Of a DNA stretch of 64,000 nt, positions 61,691 to 64,000 are shown piece by piece; positions within the stretch are counted from its first letter, which is position 1, and every line of letters starts with the position of its first letter. Under the pieces are notes generated by a model. It was not told the origin of the DNA. It made no database searches and saw only the letters and a program-made list of their open reading frames with translations. A program made the position numbers and the translations under genes. This DNA comes from Octopus sinensis (taxonomy: Eukaryota). The DNA is taken from contig NC_043012.1 of NCBI RefSeq assembly GCF_006345805.1, forward strand, positions 54,994,001 to 55,058,000, written 5' to 3'.

Positions 61691-63159
61691 TGTCCGAGTG
61701 ACTGTGGGCTTGTCTAAGAGGGCTTCACCATTCCCTCTTTCTCTCTCTCACTCTTCCTCCTTGACCCTCTCGTTGCTCACACATGACCAACAGCTATCTA
61801 TCTTTCTTTCTTCCACTTCCTTCTTGAAGACATGATGTGTGTTTGCCTGTCTCTTCTCAAAGCTCATTTTTCCAGCATTCACCACTTCACCTCATCATGG
61901 CTTAACAGCCCTCATCGTTTGTTTTTACTGTTTTGTTCTTATTGTCCTGATTTTGTTACCACTTTAACCCCCCCGCAAAAAAATTCAAAATTTTATTTAG
62001 TTTGATTTGCGGGAAGGATTGTTTTAACAAAGTCGTGTCTTGTCCCTACCTTCGAAACACGGAGTAGATAAAACGGAATATTCTTTATGTTTTCTGTCTC
62101 ATCTCTCTATTTGTTTCTTTCTTTTTTCGATAAAAAAGTTTGTTTTCTATGTTTTTGCTTTTTATATTCTTGTTTCTCATTTTGTTCACGTTTTTTTTTG
62201 ACGTCCTGTACTTATATATGCATGCATATATATATGTAGGTATGTACTTATATGTATGTATATATGCATATGTTTATATATTATTTATATTATTTAATGT
62301 AACTATTCCATCTTAAAAAAAAAAAACATTACCCAATTTGACATGTAGTCCTAAAGACGATATCACGATTTGGGTCAGTGATCTTGAGCTTACTCAGTAG
62401 TTTTCTGTCTCACCTACCCTCTCTGTGTCTTACACCTACATTAGTCTGATGTTATTTGGAATTTTGTCATTGCGTTTACAATCTTAAACATATTATATAA
62501 TTTGTTTATGTGAGAAATTGTTAATGCTATTGTATACACATAACAAAAGATTCTGTAGGTGTACAGGTACAATATTGTCAGTATATTCTTTTGTACGTTT
62601 CAATCAATTACCATGGTTTTCTGACAGAGTAATTGTTAGTTTTTGCTCTGTTGCATTTAACATTTATTTGTTGTTCATACCATGCATAAATTACTACCAT
62701 TTCTAAACATTACTGTATTAAATATTGGAGTACTGCACAGTCATTCACTTCGGTTTATTTTTCAGAAAAATCTTAGCATTTTTTCAGTTTAGGACCACAA
62801 AATGAAAGCAGAAATTATAACGAGTAATCTACATTAAAATCTGAAATTATAGAATTATAATTTTTGTATATTTAAACATGGAACCCTGAAAACAATTTTT
62901 TAAATGTTAAAAGCAGGAGAAATTTGAGTGATTGGGAAATAAAATTTTTAAAAGCATATTTTTTTTTTTTTGAATTGTAATTTCCATTCTTGAAAACAGG
63001 AATCCAGAATAATTTTTGGATTCCCATGTTTTCAACAATGGAGATTATCATAGATTTATGCCCCCATTACCCATTCTTGTCAAAATTTTAATTCCTCTAC
63101 GGCACAATTTTGTTTTTGTTTTTAACCTTTTTGACTTAAAAGAAATTCTACATGAGGTA

Positions 63160-63580
63160 TTGGAGTGGCTGTGTGGTAAGTAGCTTGCTTACCAACCACA
63201 TGGTTCTGGGTTCAGTCCCACAGTGTGGCACCTTGGGCAAGTGTCTTCTACTATAGCCTCAGGCTGACCAAATCCTTGTGAGTGGATTTGGCAGATGGAA
63301 ACTGAAAGAAGCCTATCGTATATATGTGTATATATATATATATATGTATATATATGTACATGTGAGTGTATATGTTTGTGTGTCTGTGTTTGTCCCCCCA
63401 ACATTGCTTGACAACCGATGCTGGTGTGTTTACATCCTCATAACTTAGTGTTCAGCAAAAGAGTCCCATAGAATAAGTGCTAGGTTTACAAAAAAATAAG
63501 TCCTGGGGTTGATATGCTCGACAAAAGGTGGTGTTCCAGCATGGCCACAGTCAAATGACTGAAACAAGTAAAAGAGTAAA
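63160..63580 (+). mobile_element. SINE family B, full-length copy with internal (TA/TG)n
   Basis: Head ggagtggctgtgtggtaag...ggttcagtccc and tail cagtcaaatgactgaaacaagtaaaagag. Confidence 0.88.
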
Positions 63581-64000
63581 AAATTAAAAAATATGGAGAT
63601 TACAATTCTAAATAAATCTTTTTCCCAAATTTCAATTGTTTTTTTATAAGTAACCCCTCCTTCCTCTCACAGCTTTTGTAATATCCACAATTTTGCTTGC
63701 AAAAAGAAGAATTTATATATTTTACAAGCAGCCAAAGTTTCTTTATCATTACTCATTGTTTTATGTTGATAATCATTGAAAGCATTGAAGAAAGGATAGA
63801 GGTATATAAGCAAAAATATTCATAAACACATTGAAGTATAATTTGTGATTAATATTTGAGTAGTTGCAAACAACAAGAAAAAGCAGAGTTAAAAAATGCA
63901 TCCAGATGCAGAACATAATATATTCATCGCTTCACATGTAAAAACAAGTGACACATTTCTGTTTTCAGTATCAAATGTATAAAATAGAAAAAAAATACGA

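Noticed and set aside
61820-62400. Two hammerhead-like relics (cttgaaga...caaagctc and cctaaaga...gtgatcttgagctt)
   Set aside because: Several core bases are wrong and stem I is not supported.

Overview
AT-rich, microsatellite-dense eukaryotic genomic DNA. The repeat families look like those of octopus/cephalopod genomes; this is my recognition and was not checked against a database. One host gene is supported: a plus-strand neutral sphingomyelinase 1 (SMPD2-like) gene with 7 coding exons at 6286-27534, all with GT-AG introns in consistent phase. Its first coding exon was not found and probably lies upstream of the window. The rest is mobile DNA: at least four tRNA-headed SINE families, two RTE LINE copies (one with a PHD-type finger inside ORF2), CR1-like and Tx1/L1-like fragments, a full-length DD34D mariner, a decayed Tc1-type transposase, several MITEs (Merlin-like, hAT-like, piggyBac-like), Helitron/Helentron-type elements, two tandem 5'-truncated Penelope-like elements (PLEs) and two large tandem duplications. 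The main signal is a set of type I hammerhead ribozyme (HHR) motifs from at least five unrelated sequence families, nearly all with a palindromic (dimer-type) stem III. They occur in (i) a young ORF-less 623-bp element made of a 532-nt monomer plus a 91-nt perfect terminal repeat, with a fully canonical HHR (46031-46106); (ii) a tRNA-headed SINE-like element with an HHR tail inside an SMPD2 intron (8127-8172); (iii) two large palindromes carrying an HHR on both strands (2757-2914 and 3216-3628); and (iv) the 3' ends of the PLEs. All folds were derived by eye and no cleavage activity is shown.
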